In this document: piece by piece, positions 1-7,614 of the stretch | How the letters are laid out: every line of letters starts with the position of its first letter | Position numbering within the stretch: the first letter of the stretch is position 1 | Assembly (NCBI GenBank): GCA_021399345.1 | Contig: JAAFKI010000153.1 | Location: 1-11,485, forward strand | DNA from: Candidatus Heimdallarchaeota archaeon | Lineage (GTDB): Archaea > Asgardarchaeota > Heimdallarchaeia > Heimdallarchaeales > Heimdallarchaeaceae | DNA length: 11,485 bases | Direction of reading: 5' to 3' | Notes under the pieces: generated by a model | What the model saw: the letters and a program-made list of their open reading frames with translations, nothing else | What the model was told of the DNA's origin: nothing | Database searches by the model: none | Made by a program: the position numbers and the translations under genes

Positions 1-59
1 TAAAGTTCTTCTAAACGACTTTTGATGTTCTTAATTTCCTGTTCTAATGAGGTAGTCAT
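1..59 (-). CDS. 5' end of a gene running out of the window (MTTSLEQEIKNIKSRLEEL...)
   Basis: ATG at 59 on the minus strand, open to the window edge, with a coiled-coil-like peptide. It is preceded by AGTGA and an AT-rich TATA-like tract. An alternative in-frame ATG lies at 83. Confidence 0.55.
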   Translation of the reverse strand, partial: MTTSLEQEIKNIKSRLEEL

Positions 60-120
60 TAAAGTTTCACTGATAAAGTACATGTCTTTAAGATTATTAA
101 ACATTGTTAAAAACTAGAGA

Positions 121-158
121 AAGAAAAGAAAAACCAACCTCCCTAAGGTTGAAATAAA
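121..158 (+). repeat. Boundary repeat R1 (type A)
   Basis: AAGAAAAGAAAAACCAACCTCCCTAAGGTTGAAATAAA, with a perfect internal inverted repeat CAACCT(135-140)-CCCTA-AGGTTG(146-151). Confidence 0.9.
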
Positions 159-230
159 TTTGGAATCTGGAGTTTTGAGAATGTAGAAATTGACGCCTAA
201 ATTTTTTTATATGGAGATAACCTACAACAT

Positions 231-854
231 TTGGTCAACATGACGTTTAGATCCACATTATTTTATCGACCTTGGCGTTCGCTGATAGGATTGATACCTG
301 GATTTCTGGGGTCTCTTGCTGTGTTAATATATCTCATAGTTGCAGGAGTCACAGTTGTTGTTTTATACATAGTAGTTATACTTGTGTTACTTACTTTTCT
401 CTTATTTACTTTCTTAGCGATTGGTGAGATAGTAAGAAAAAACAAGAAAAAGAAAGATCTCACTATGCTTTCAAAAGAGGACAAACCTCCAAAACCCGAT
501 TCTATTAGACCTACATTACTTGATGAACAAGATGATGAAGTTAAAGCAATGGTTGAACGAGGAGATAAGGAATCTGTTAATTTATTATGCAATCGTGTTC
601 TTGATGGGAATGACAATGAACAAATGGTTGCACTGTGGGCTTTAGGACAAATTGGAGACCACCGAGCTATACCAACAGTTAGACAAGCACTAAATGATCC
701 TAATGAATATGTAAGAAGAAGAGCTGAACAGGTATTAGAGATGCTTGAAAAACAGATCGAATCCGGCTCTAAAGTCTATTTTTGTGCTGAATGTGGTTTT
801 GAAAATCCACTTAAAGCAGTATTTTGCAGGGAATGTGGTCATAAGATTAGCTAG
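231..854 (+). CDS. Membrane protein with HEAT/PBS-lyase-like repeats and a C-terminal zinc ribbon
   Basis: Long N-terminal hydrophobic segment (about 2 TM) followed by KNKKKK. HEAT-PBS motif ALWALGQIGDHRAIPTVRQALNDPNEYVRRRA. C-terminal CAECG-x9-CRECG. The true start may be ATG 240. Confidence 0.85.
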   Translation: MVNMTFRSTLFYRPWRSLIGLIPGFLGSLAVLIYLIVAGVTVVVLYIVVILVLLTFLLFTFLAIGEIVRKNKKKKDLTMLSKEDKPPKPDSIRPTLLDEQDDEVKAMVERGDKESVNLLCNRVLDGNDNEQMVALWALGQIGDHRAIPTVRQALNDPNEYVRRRAEQVLEMLEKQIESGSKVYFCAECGFENPLKAVFCRECGHKIS

Positions 855-863
855 GGAAGGAGG

Positions 864-891
864 AAAGAAAAACCAACCTCTTATGAGTGAA
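864..891 (+). repeat. Boundary repeat R2 (type A, right half diverged)
   Basis: AAAGAAAAACCAACCTCTTATGAGTGAA, between convergent genes. Confidence 0.8.
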
Positions 892-929
892 TTAAATAGT
901 GAAATTTCTGATATCTTCTTTCACGATTT

Positions 930-1331
930 CTAAATCAGTATTGAAGAAAGAAGGTTTGAATAAGATTTAAATTGTTCAAAATATTTGCCAGCTGTATATA
1001 TGAAGAAATCAGTATCTTCTTGGTTTGCTTCTCGTAAATTTCTCACTGCATTTTCAACAAAAGAATTGGATTCATTTACATAATTATTAAAACTTGAACT
1101 AGCATAAGACATGTTATTAGAGAAGCTTCTGAGGCAATTATCACATCCATAAGCATCAACATCAGCTTCTTCGTTACACCATCCGCAGAAGAATTCATCT
1201 GTTTTAATTAAAGGAAAACCGCAGTGATAACAATTATTTGTTTCAGAATCTACAGATTCTTTCACTATTATAGCTTTACAAAAAACACACTTTCTACCTA
1301 AAATTGTTGACCCCCTATATGTTCGACTCAT
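930..1331 (-). CDS. Double zinc-ribbon protein
   Basis: Four CxxC motifs (CVFC, CYHC, CGWC, CDNC). ATG preceded by GAGATGG. Confidence 0.8.
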   Translation of the reverse strand: MSRTYRGSTILGRKCVFCKAIIVKESVDSETNNCYHCGFPLIKTDEFFCGWCNEEADVDAYGCDNCLRSFSNNMSYASSSFNNYVNESNSFVENAVRNLREANQEDTDFFIYTAGKYFEQFKSYSNLLSSILI

Positions 1332-1374
1332 TTATGACCATCTCTGTTTTATTTGTGAATTTGATTGTTCTTGT

Positions 1375-3177
1375 TTAATATTTGGGAAAATATGAGTATG
1401 GATTACTAGTGTATTGAACTTTGCTTTCATAGAGCTTAATTTCCTTGAAATTGTCTAGATCTTGTAGCTTATCCAGATAATCTGCTAAATCATATCTTCC
1501 TTCTGCAACATTAGATTTACTTATTCTTCCAATTAAAGCAATATCATCAGGAAATACCTTTAAAACCATAGTGTTGCCACTGATGTGCTGAGCTACTCTT
1601 TTCCAAGATCCAACAATAAAAAGTATTCCATCTTCTTCACCTTTTTTGTCCTTTGTTAGAACCATAATATAGCCTACAACACCACTTTCAAATGGTGTTC
1701 TTACTACTCCTAAATCCTTCGGAACATTTCTAAGAAGTTTGTCTAAATCATCAATACTGATATGTAACAACATGTTTGTATCTGTGAGTGGATAATAGGT
1801 TTCGAAAAGCTTCATGGTTTCATCAGAAACTTCATCAGCATAAACCGTATAATATTCAGGAGTCCTTAGCTTCCTCTGCATTTCATCACTAGCAAAGAAC
1901 CCAAATTTCTGCAGTCTTTTATAATCCCTTTTTGCTTCTGGTTTTCTCTTTTTGAAGCTATCATCTACTGGCATCATACCCAGAAAAGCGTCTAATGCGC
2001 CGACCAATTCCATGTCGTCAGAATGTCTATATATTTTCTCTGCAAGGGGAATTTCTCTCCCACATTGAGGACAATATTTTGCGTTCTTTTTCAATGTGCT
2101 CTTACAAAAAGGACAGTGTGTTATACTAAGGTGTTCCTCTTTATCTTCAACCTTTGGTGTAATTTGCTTATATTTTGGTACTTTCAGGCGTTTCTCTTTA
2201 TCTACAACCTTTGGTATAGTTTGTTTATATTTTTTGAAAGCATCCTCAAGTTTCTTAGAAAATTTTTCAATAATTTCCTCTGAAGGTCGATTTTCTGATT
2301 CTTTCAATTCCTTGAGTTTATCCTCTTTTTCTTGCAATAAATTAACGAATTCCTGCCAGTGTTTCACTACTTTTTTCTCGTCTAGAAGTTCTTTGAAATC
2401 TTCTTTTATGTCATCGAATTTTCCACTAAGATTAACTATTCTTGTTAAAGCAGTTTCAATTCGTTCATCATACTCACTATAATTTTCTAAGGCTTGTTTG
2501 AATTTATTGTAAACTTCTTTTGTACATGATTCTATTTGTTTATCAAAATCATCTTCTTGCATTAACTCTATAGTATCGAAACTTATTTCTCCAATCGAAA
2601 GAGCCAACATGTCTACAAAAACCTCGAATGTTTTGAGAATTTGCTGTTCTAGTGATTCGAAATCAGATTGAAGAAAATCTATTTCTCTGATCTCCTCTAA
2701 AACTGTATGAGAATCTTTAATTCTGCCAATGAAAGATTCACAGATTCCTTCTAAGTTTGCAACAGTAGTGTATTTAATTATATCTTCAGGGGAATAAAAA
2801 CTAAGTGAATCAAATTGCTTAACTTCTTTTTCCAATCTGTCGATGTGTCTGCTTACTTGTTTTTTTAAGAAATCTCTTTCTTCCTTTTCTTTAGCTAATG
2901 CAATGTTTAGATTTTCGAAAATTTTATTAGATTTCTTGGGAAAATATTTCTCTCCTGAAGAAAGAAATTCTTTTTTCGCCTCTTCGAATAATTCTTTTGA
3001 TTTGTCATATTTATCATTCTCCAAGAGTTTAGTAGCTAAAATTAATTTTATATGAGCTTTATCTAGAGTATTGTTTTCCTCTGTAAAAATATCTACTAAC
3101 TTATCATATAGTTCTTGAGCTTCTTCAAGATTGTTAGATTTGTTGAATGCTTTTAAAATGTCCTTAGATTCACTCAA
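1375..3177 (-). CDS. Large helical/coiled-coil protein with a central zinc ribbon and an unknown C-terminal domain
   Basis: 600-aa ORF with TTG start preceded by AGGAGAG. E/K-rich helical N-terminal half, then CPFC-x10-CPQC. Confidence 0.85.
   Translation of the reverse strand: MSESKDILKAFNKSNNLEEAQELYDKLVDIFTEENNTLDKAHIKLILATKLLENDKYDKSKELFEEAKKEFLSSGEKYFPKKSNKIFENLNIALAKEKEERDFLKKQVSRHIDRLEKEVKQFDSLSFYSPEDIIKYTTVANLEGICESFIGRIKDSHTVLEEIREIDFLQSDFESLEQQILKTFEVFVDMLALSIGEISFDTIELMQEDDFDKQIESCTKEVYNKFKQALENYSEYDERIETALTRIVNLSGKFDDIKEDFKELLDEKKVVKHWQEFVNLLQEKEDKLKELKESENRPSEEIIEKFSKKLEDAFKKYKQTIPKVVDKEKRLKVPKYKQITPKVEDKEEHLSITHCPFCKSTLKKNAKYCPQCGREIPLAEKIYRHSDDMELVGALDAFLGMMPVDDSFKKRKPEAKRDYKRLQKFGFFASDEMQRKLRTPEYYTVYADEVSDETMKLFETYYPLTDTNMLLHISIDDLDKLLRNVPKDLGVVRTPFESGVVGYIMVLTKDKKGEEDGILFIVGSWKRVAQHISGNTMVLKVFPDDIALIGRISKSNVAEGRYDLADYLDKLQDLDNFKEIKLYESKVQYTSNPYSYFPKY
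2137..2233 (-). repeat. Intragenic in-frame duplication with a 57-nt period
   Basis: 2137-2176 vs 2194-2233 match at 36/40 positions; they encode KYKQTIPKVVDKE and KYKQITPKVEDKE. Confidence 0.85.
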
Positions 3178-3272
3178 AGTTGAACTCTCCTGCTTATAAA
3201 TATCAGCTTATTATTTATTAGATATTTAAGAATTACTAGAGACTAAAATCCCTCATAAAATTGAAAATTGGG

Positions 3273-3309
3273 AAAAATAAAGAAACCAACCTCCCTAAAG
3301 TTGAATAGA
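3273..3309 (+). repeat. Boundary repeat R3 (type A)
   Basis: AAAAATAAAGAAACCAACCTCCCTAAAGTTGAATAGA, between divergent genes. Confidence 0.9.
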
Positions 3310-3375
3310 CAATTCATCATCGAAAAGAAGACAGAAATACTTAAAATTCGTAGAAAGAAGATTCTAGGGTTTAAA

Positions 3376-4341
3376 ATGAGAGGCGCAGGTAAAATAATTG
3401 GACATGAATTAAGAAAAGCTAAGTTTCGTAATGCTGAAGAAGCAGCTAGATTGAAACAAAAGGAAAGTAAAGCCTTAGCTCCACTCAATCTTCCGGGGTT
3501 AATTGATGATTACTGTCTGAGTGGAAAGTACGGACCTGGAGAACCTTACAATGGTCCTCAAGATGAATTTGTCAAGAAAACTCATGATATGGTTCTGTTC
3601 ATGGGAAAAGAGATATTGAATGCTCTAATAAACCATTTTGCTCCCTTCCCAGAATATGCACATCTTCCTACTGATATTACTGGATATGCAATTCAGGGAT
3701 TATTGGTCAGTTACAGGTTTAAAAATCTAATCGCAATGGTTACTTCCTTCCCCATAGAAAAACCTCTAAACGAATTATGTCTTTATTTCAGATTCAGATT
3801 ATTACGACCTCAATTCGTTCCTATACCTAGAAGAGAGATGAATGAAGAACAAAGGCGGAGATATGAGTTTTCAAGAAGTACACTAACACAATCAGTAAGA
3901 TATTCTATGGAGGAGAACTATAATGCTGCTGTTAATGAATTATTGAAGCTCATAGATATGTACCCTAACAACACTTTGCTTTATGAACATCTGATTGTAG
4001 ATTTACATCAAATGCAAGACTGGGATAGAGCTATAGAATACACTAAAAAATTAATCAACATTTTTCCAAAAAGTGAAAATTATTGGAGTAATATAGGAAA
4101 AGCATATGTTAGAAAGGGTGACTATGATAATGGTATAGATAGCTATAAAGAAGCCCTTAAGATCTTTCCTAATGACAAATACGTATTGTATGCATTAGGG
4201 GAAGTGTATATGACCTTAAATGATAAGAATCGTGCTTTTTGGTGTTATCAAAGAGCTGAGATGTTTAAGCACTATAGTGCCCAAAAAGCTGCAAAGAAAT
4301 TGAAAAGGAAAAAAGCTGTTTCTATATCACCATTTGACTAA
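3376..4341 (+). CDS. Tetratricopeptide repeat (TPR) protein
   Basis: C-terminal TPR motifs, e.g. YWSNIGKAYVRKGDYDNGIDSYKEALKIFPND and YALGEVY. Start placed at ATG 3376 because the longer ORF-track start (3268) runs through repeat R3. Confidence 0.85.
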   Translation: MRGAGKIIGHELRKAKFRNAEEAARLKQKESKALAPLNLPGLIDDYCLSGKYGPGEPYNGPQDEFVKKTHDMVLFMGKEILNALINHFAPFPEYAHLPTDITGYAIQGLLVSYRFKNLIAMVTSFPIEKPLNELCLYFRFRLLRPQFVPIPRREMNEEQRRRYEFSRSTLTQSVRYSMEENYNAAVNELLKLIDMYPNNTLLYEHLIVDLHQMQDWDRAIEYTKKLINIFPKSENYWSNIGKAYVRKGDYDNGIDSYKEALKIFPNDKYVLYALGEVYMTLNDKNRAFWCYQRAEMFKHYSAQKAAKKLKRKKAVSISPFD

Positions 4342-4346
4342 TGAAT

Positions 4347-4389
4347 AAGAAGAAAAACCCTCTCCCTGAGGTTGAAAAAGTAAAGAATT
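4347..4389 (+). repeat. Boundary repeat R4 (type B)
   Basis: AAGAAGAAAAACCCTCTCCCTGAGGTTGAAAAAGTAAAGAATT; 4350-4389 matches 10060-10099 at 39/40 positions. Confidence 0.92.
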
Positions 4390-4532
4390 TGTTTTCAGAA
4401 TTCTAATGACTGTACTAATACCCTAGAGAGTGATTCAGAGAATTTACTTTAAGTAATCTACTACTAAAACATATGAAAAAAGCTCTCTAAGGTAATTTAC
4501 AAAGGTTTGAAGATGAGAAGAAGAGTAATAAT

Positions 4533-5063
4533 CTAATCCCATTCATCAAATTTAACATCCAGACCTATCATAGAATAGAGGATATCTGGACCATCTAGAA
4601 AAGTCTGGTTACAATGAGCTCGAGTTGATTCACCTATTGGAGAAAGATCCACGCTGAACCATTCTTCTCCTTCAGCGAAGGAAATGTAACAGTCATACCA
4701 CTCCTCACATGCATAGAATTCTTCTTTGAGATTATTAAAATTCTCAACAAGAATATAACAAGCTTGAATTAAGGTGCAAACATCTTCTTGTTTGAGATCG
4801 TTGTCTTTCAGATCCTTATACTTCTCGTAAATATCTAGCAGTGTAGTTTCTTCTACTTTGATATGTTCAACTTTCTCTTTGTCTATTTCCAAAGCTTTGT
4901 TAATCGCACTACTAAAAGAAGAGATTCCATTGACAAAGTAGAAATTATCAAAATGATCACATAGAGAATTGAAGGCAATCCAAGGTTTATCAGAACTAAT
5001 AGATGCAGAAAATTCACTAGAATCAATTTCAAAACCATTCCAATTGCAGAGAATGAAATTCAT
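4533..5063 (-). CDS. Acidic hypothetical protein
   Basis: ORF rich in D/E and aromatic residues with no recognised motif. ATG 5063 preferred over TTG 5087. Confidence 0.7.
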   Translation of the reverse strand: MNFILCNWNGFEIDSSEFSASISSDKPWIAFNSLCDHFDNFYFVNGISSFSSAINKALEIDKEKVEHIKVEETTLLDIYEKYKDLKDNDLKQEDVCTLIQACYILVENFNNLKEEFYACEEWYDCYISFAEGEEWFSVDLSPIGESTRAHCNQTFLDGPDILYSMIGLDVKFDEWD

Positions 5064-5107
5064 AATATAAATAAAAAATTTCACCAATAAAAAGTCTTTT
5101 GCAAAAT

Positions 5108-5127
5108 AAGAAAAACCCTCTCCCTAA
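5108..5127 (+). repeat. Boundary repeat R5 (type B, left part only)
   Basis: AAGAAAAACCCTCTCCCTAA, between divergent genes. Confidence 0.88.
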
Positions 5128-5165
5128 TTTTACGTGACATTTAAAAAGAAATAAGAAAACTATAT

Positions 5166-5891
5166 GTGATGAAGAGAAGAACTTTTCTAGTATTATCTCT
5201 TATCTTCCTTATTATACTTCAAGCTGAATCAGTTTGTAGTGTAGAAGGACCTTTTTACTATTCGTCAGATCTGATAGCTGGAACGAAACTCAGATGGGAG
5301 GTTTTGCAGGGTTATGAAACTAGAGACGATGATTGGCAGCATTATGTTACAGGAGATATAATAGAAGTTGAAATTTTGAAAGATATAAATGATGCTGATT
5401 TCAACGAAGCTGAGGACTTAGTGTTTAGAGTAAATGATAATAATATCTCGAATCCATTTATTATAGGAATTTATAGATTTATACAACCGATACTGTTGTA
5501 CCCATGGGGTGAGAATATTTCACTGTATGAGTTCTATCAAAATTCCACTGCTGACTCTCAAGCAACTACTTTGACAAAGAAAAGAGGAAATATAATAATT
5601 ATTGAAGAATTTCGAACAGGCCAATTGGTAGAAGGAATTGGGCATATAAGAGTATTCTACTATGATGAAACAATAATTGATGAAAAAACAGGAATAGTTG
5701 AAAAACTTTACTGGTATGAAGAATATTCATTTGAAAATTCTACAATATTTAAAGTAAAGGATTTGACAGAAATAGTCTTTCTTGACGGAATAGATGTTGC
5801 AGAATTCGATTATTTAGGGGGGTTATTACTAGTGTTAGCTATAATTCCAATATTAAGAAAGAAAAGAAAAACCAACCTCCCAAAAAACTGA
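5166..5891 (+). CDS. Secreted, C-terminally membrane-anchored surface protein
   Basis: Signal peptide MKRRTFLVLSLIFLIILQA. Beta-rich body with N-x-S/T sequons. C-terminal AEF + TM helix + RKKRK tail. The start may be ATG 5169. Confidence 0.85.
   Translation: MMKRRTFLVLSLIFLIILQAESVCSVEGPFYYSSDLIAGTKLRWEVLQGYETRDDDWQHYVTGDIIEVEILKDINDADFNEAEDLVFRVNDNNISNPFIIGIYRFIQPILLYPWGENISLYEFYQNSTADSQATTLTKKRGNIIIIEEFRTGQLVEGIGHIRVFYYDETIIDEKTGIVEKLYWYEEYSFENSTIFKVKDLTEIVFLDGIDVAEFDYLGGLLLVLAIIPILRKKRKTNLPKN
5856..5881 (+). repeat. Boundary repeat R6 (type A), overlapping the 3' end of the preceding CDS
   Basis: AGAAAGAAAAGAAAAACCAACCTCCC, 26 bp identical to 118-143. Confidence 0.9.
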
Positions 5892-5923
5892 TATATCTGT
5901 TAACATTTAGAATGTGAGGATCA

Positions 5924-7285
5924 GTGGCCAGTAATTTTATCTTTTCAGCGGAACTTAAAGAAGCCATTCGAAAGAGTGGAGAGTTGGTAGATAGAATTAA
6001 CAGAGCAGGAGAAATTAAAAGTGCAGGAGATGCTAGAGATTTTAAAGCTATAGAAAGAATGATTTTTGAGCAACATCAGATTTTCCAAACCTATCCACAT
6101 CTATATACTGCAAAGTATCTTGCTCAAGGATTATCTAATGCACTATATGATTACATAAAGCTTGATATGGAAAAGGAGATAAAACTGAATCTTCAGTTCT
6201 ATGAGACACTTTACAAGTGGGAATTCAAAGACGTTATAGTTAGTTTCTATATGATGAGTCTAGGTGCAGAGGTCTTTAGAAGAGCTAGGAAACGTAGATT
6301 TAGTGACGCAAGTAGATTACTTGAAAAAATGAAATCAATTTTCAATAAATTTAATTTTATCCAAGATGTGGTTGAACAGTATGGTGGTGCTATAGCTAAT
6401 CTAGCAGTGCAAGAATGTAAGGTTTATGACCTTAAACAGGTAGAAAAAAGACTAGAAATTCTTCTTGAATTAAATACAAAATATCCAATGTATTGGTTAA
6501 ATTCTGGTGTTCTAGGAGCAATTAGTGCATCTATTGCTCTTTTTGGTAAAGCCAGAAATTTTAAAAAAATCGAAATATTGATGGCTAGAGCTAAGAAAAT
6601 CTTTGAGGAAAGAGCAAATATCATTCCATCACCATTCTTCGAGGTAAAATTCGGTCGTAAAATTCTAGAACAGACATTCATTGAAGAAATGGCAGGTGCT
6701 TATTACAATGCAAACAAATATTATGGAAAAGAAGGAAATTTCATAGAAATGGAGAAGAACTTGGAGGAATTAGAACGCCTTCTTGATATAAATGAAACCA
6801 ATTCAATCATTGACAGAGTTTCTTTAGCTTTCGGAAATACCGGGTTAGACTACACATATTACAAAAAGTATGACAAGTTAGAAGGGATTTTCGATAAACT
6901 AGAACAACTTGCTGAAAGATATCCAAGAAAGGGATTTGAGATTGAGGCCATAAATCTTTGCAATTTTACTAAAGATTTTGATATGAAAGAGAGAAGCATG
7001 GAACAAACAAAAAAGAATATCAAGAGAATTATCAGATATTTAGAACTCTGGCCTTATAATGAGATTATTTGTGATATTGATAGATGGGCAGATCAAGTTA
7101 CACCAAGCTTAGAAGAAATTGATGATGAACAAATAGCTTCACAATGGACAAAGGCTCTCAAAGAAATGAAATCTACAATATCGAGTAAACAAATTCAGTG
7201 TAAGGATTATTATGATTTTGATAAAAGAGGGGAAGGAATGTCTGTTGCATTCATTAATTTATCAAATACAGAATCGAAAGATTAG
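5924..7285 (+). CDS. Alpha-helical repeat (TPR-like solenoid) hypothetical protein
   Basis: 453-aa ORF with GTG start after GTGAGGA. Recurrent helical-hairpin-like units (LEILLELNTKYP, LEELERLL, LEQLAERYP). Confidence 0.8.
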   Translation: MASNFIFSAELKEAIRKSGELVDRINRAGEIKSAGDARDFKAIERMIFEQHQIFQTYPHLYTAKYLAQGLSNALYDYIKLDMEKEIKLNLQFYETLYKWEFKDVIVSFYMMSLGAEVFRRARKRRFSDASRLLEKMKSIFNKFNFIQDVVEQYGGAIANLAVQECKVYDLKQVEKRLEILLELNTKYPMYWLNSGVLGAISASIALFGKARNFKKIEILMARAKKIFEERANIIPSPFFEVKFGRKILEQTFIEEMAGAYYNANKYYGKEGNFIEMEKNLEELERLLDINETNSIIDRVSLAFGNTGLDYTYYKKYDKLEGIFDKLEQLAERYPRKGFEIEAINLCNFTKDFDMKERSMEQTKKNIKRIIRYLELWPYNEIICDIDRWADQVTPSLEEIDDEQIASQWTKALKEMKSTISSKQIQCKDYYDFDKRGEGMSVAFINLSNTESKD

Positions 7286-7308
7286 AGCTTTCTCTAAATA
7301 GGTTGAAT

Positions 7309-7334
7309 GAAAAGAAAGACCAACCTCCCTAAGG
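7309..7334 (+). repeat. Boundary repeat R7 (type A)
   Basis: GAAAAGAAAGACCAACCTCCCTAAGG, between convergent genes. Confidence 0.88.
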
Positions 7335-7362
7335 GAATCAATTAACGATACGATTCTAAAAA

Positions 7363-7572
7363 TTAGTCTGAATCCTCTTGAAGCAATTCATAGTATTGTA
7401 CTTTAAATGCACTCATTCCAATACTGTGAAACCAAGGTTTAGAAAATTCAAAATCAATGTATTTGTCAGAATTATTAAGCAGATCAATTCTAAAACGAAG
7501 CTCTTCTTGTAACTTCCCATAAAAAGTTAGAATAAGAAAGGAAATTATGATCACTGAACATGGTGATTTCAT
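7363..7572 (-). CDS. Possible small hypothetical protein or gene remnant
   Basis: 69-aa ORF with a hydrophobic N-terminus. It fills the gap between R7 and the next gene; no recognisable motif. Confidence 0.3.
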   Translation of the reverse strand: MKSPCSVIIISFLILTFYGKLQEELRFRIDLLNNSDKYIDFEFSKPWFHSIGMSAFKVQYYELLQEDSD

Positions 7573-7614
7573 CTATTAATGGAACAAGATTACAAATATA
7601 ATCTTTTTGGCATC

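Noticed and set aside
134-146. Repeat core as a Shine-Dalgarno (minus-strand GGAGGT) or 16S anti-SD fragment
   Set aside because: No suitably spaced start of a real ORF follows it, type B copies lack GGAGGT, and there is no other rRNA-like sequence.
263-616. 117-aa minus-strand ORF
   Set aside because: Antisense shadow of the HEAT/zinc-ribbon gene.
851-863. Possible inverted repeat copy CTAGGGAAGGAGG
   Set aside because: Too short, overlaps a stop codon, and lacks the T-rich arm.
745-933. 62-aa plus-strand ORF
   Set aside because: Out-of-frame overlap with 231-854 and runs through R2; no motif.
2023-3055. Plus-strand ORFs 2023-2283, 2096-2482 and 2843-3055
   Set aside because: Ser/Phe/Leu-rich antisense shadows of the E/K-rich 600-aa gene.
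3243-3488. 81-aa minus-strand ORF, and the 3268 start of the TPR gene
   Set aside because: The ORF is an antisense shadow. The 3268 extension crosses repeat R3 and the likely promoter region, so ATG 3376 is preferred.
6424-6681. 85-aa minus-strand ORF
   Set aside because: Antisense shadow within 5924-7285.
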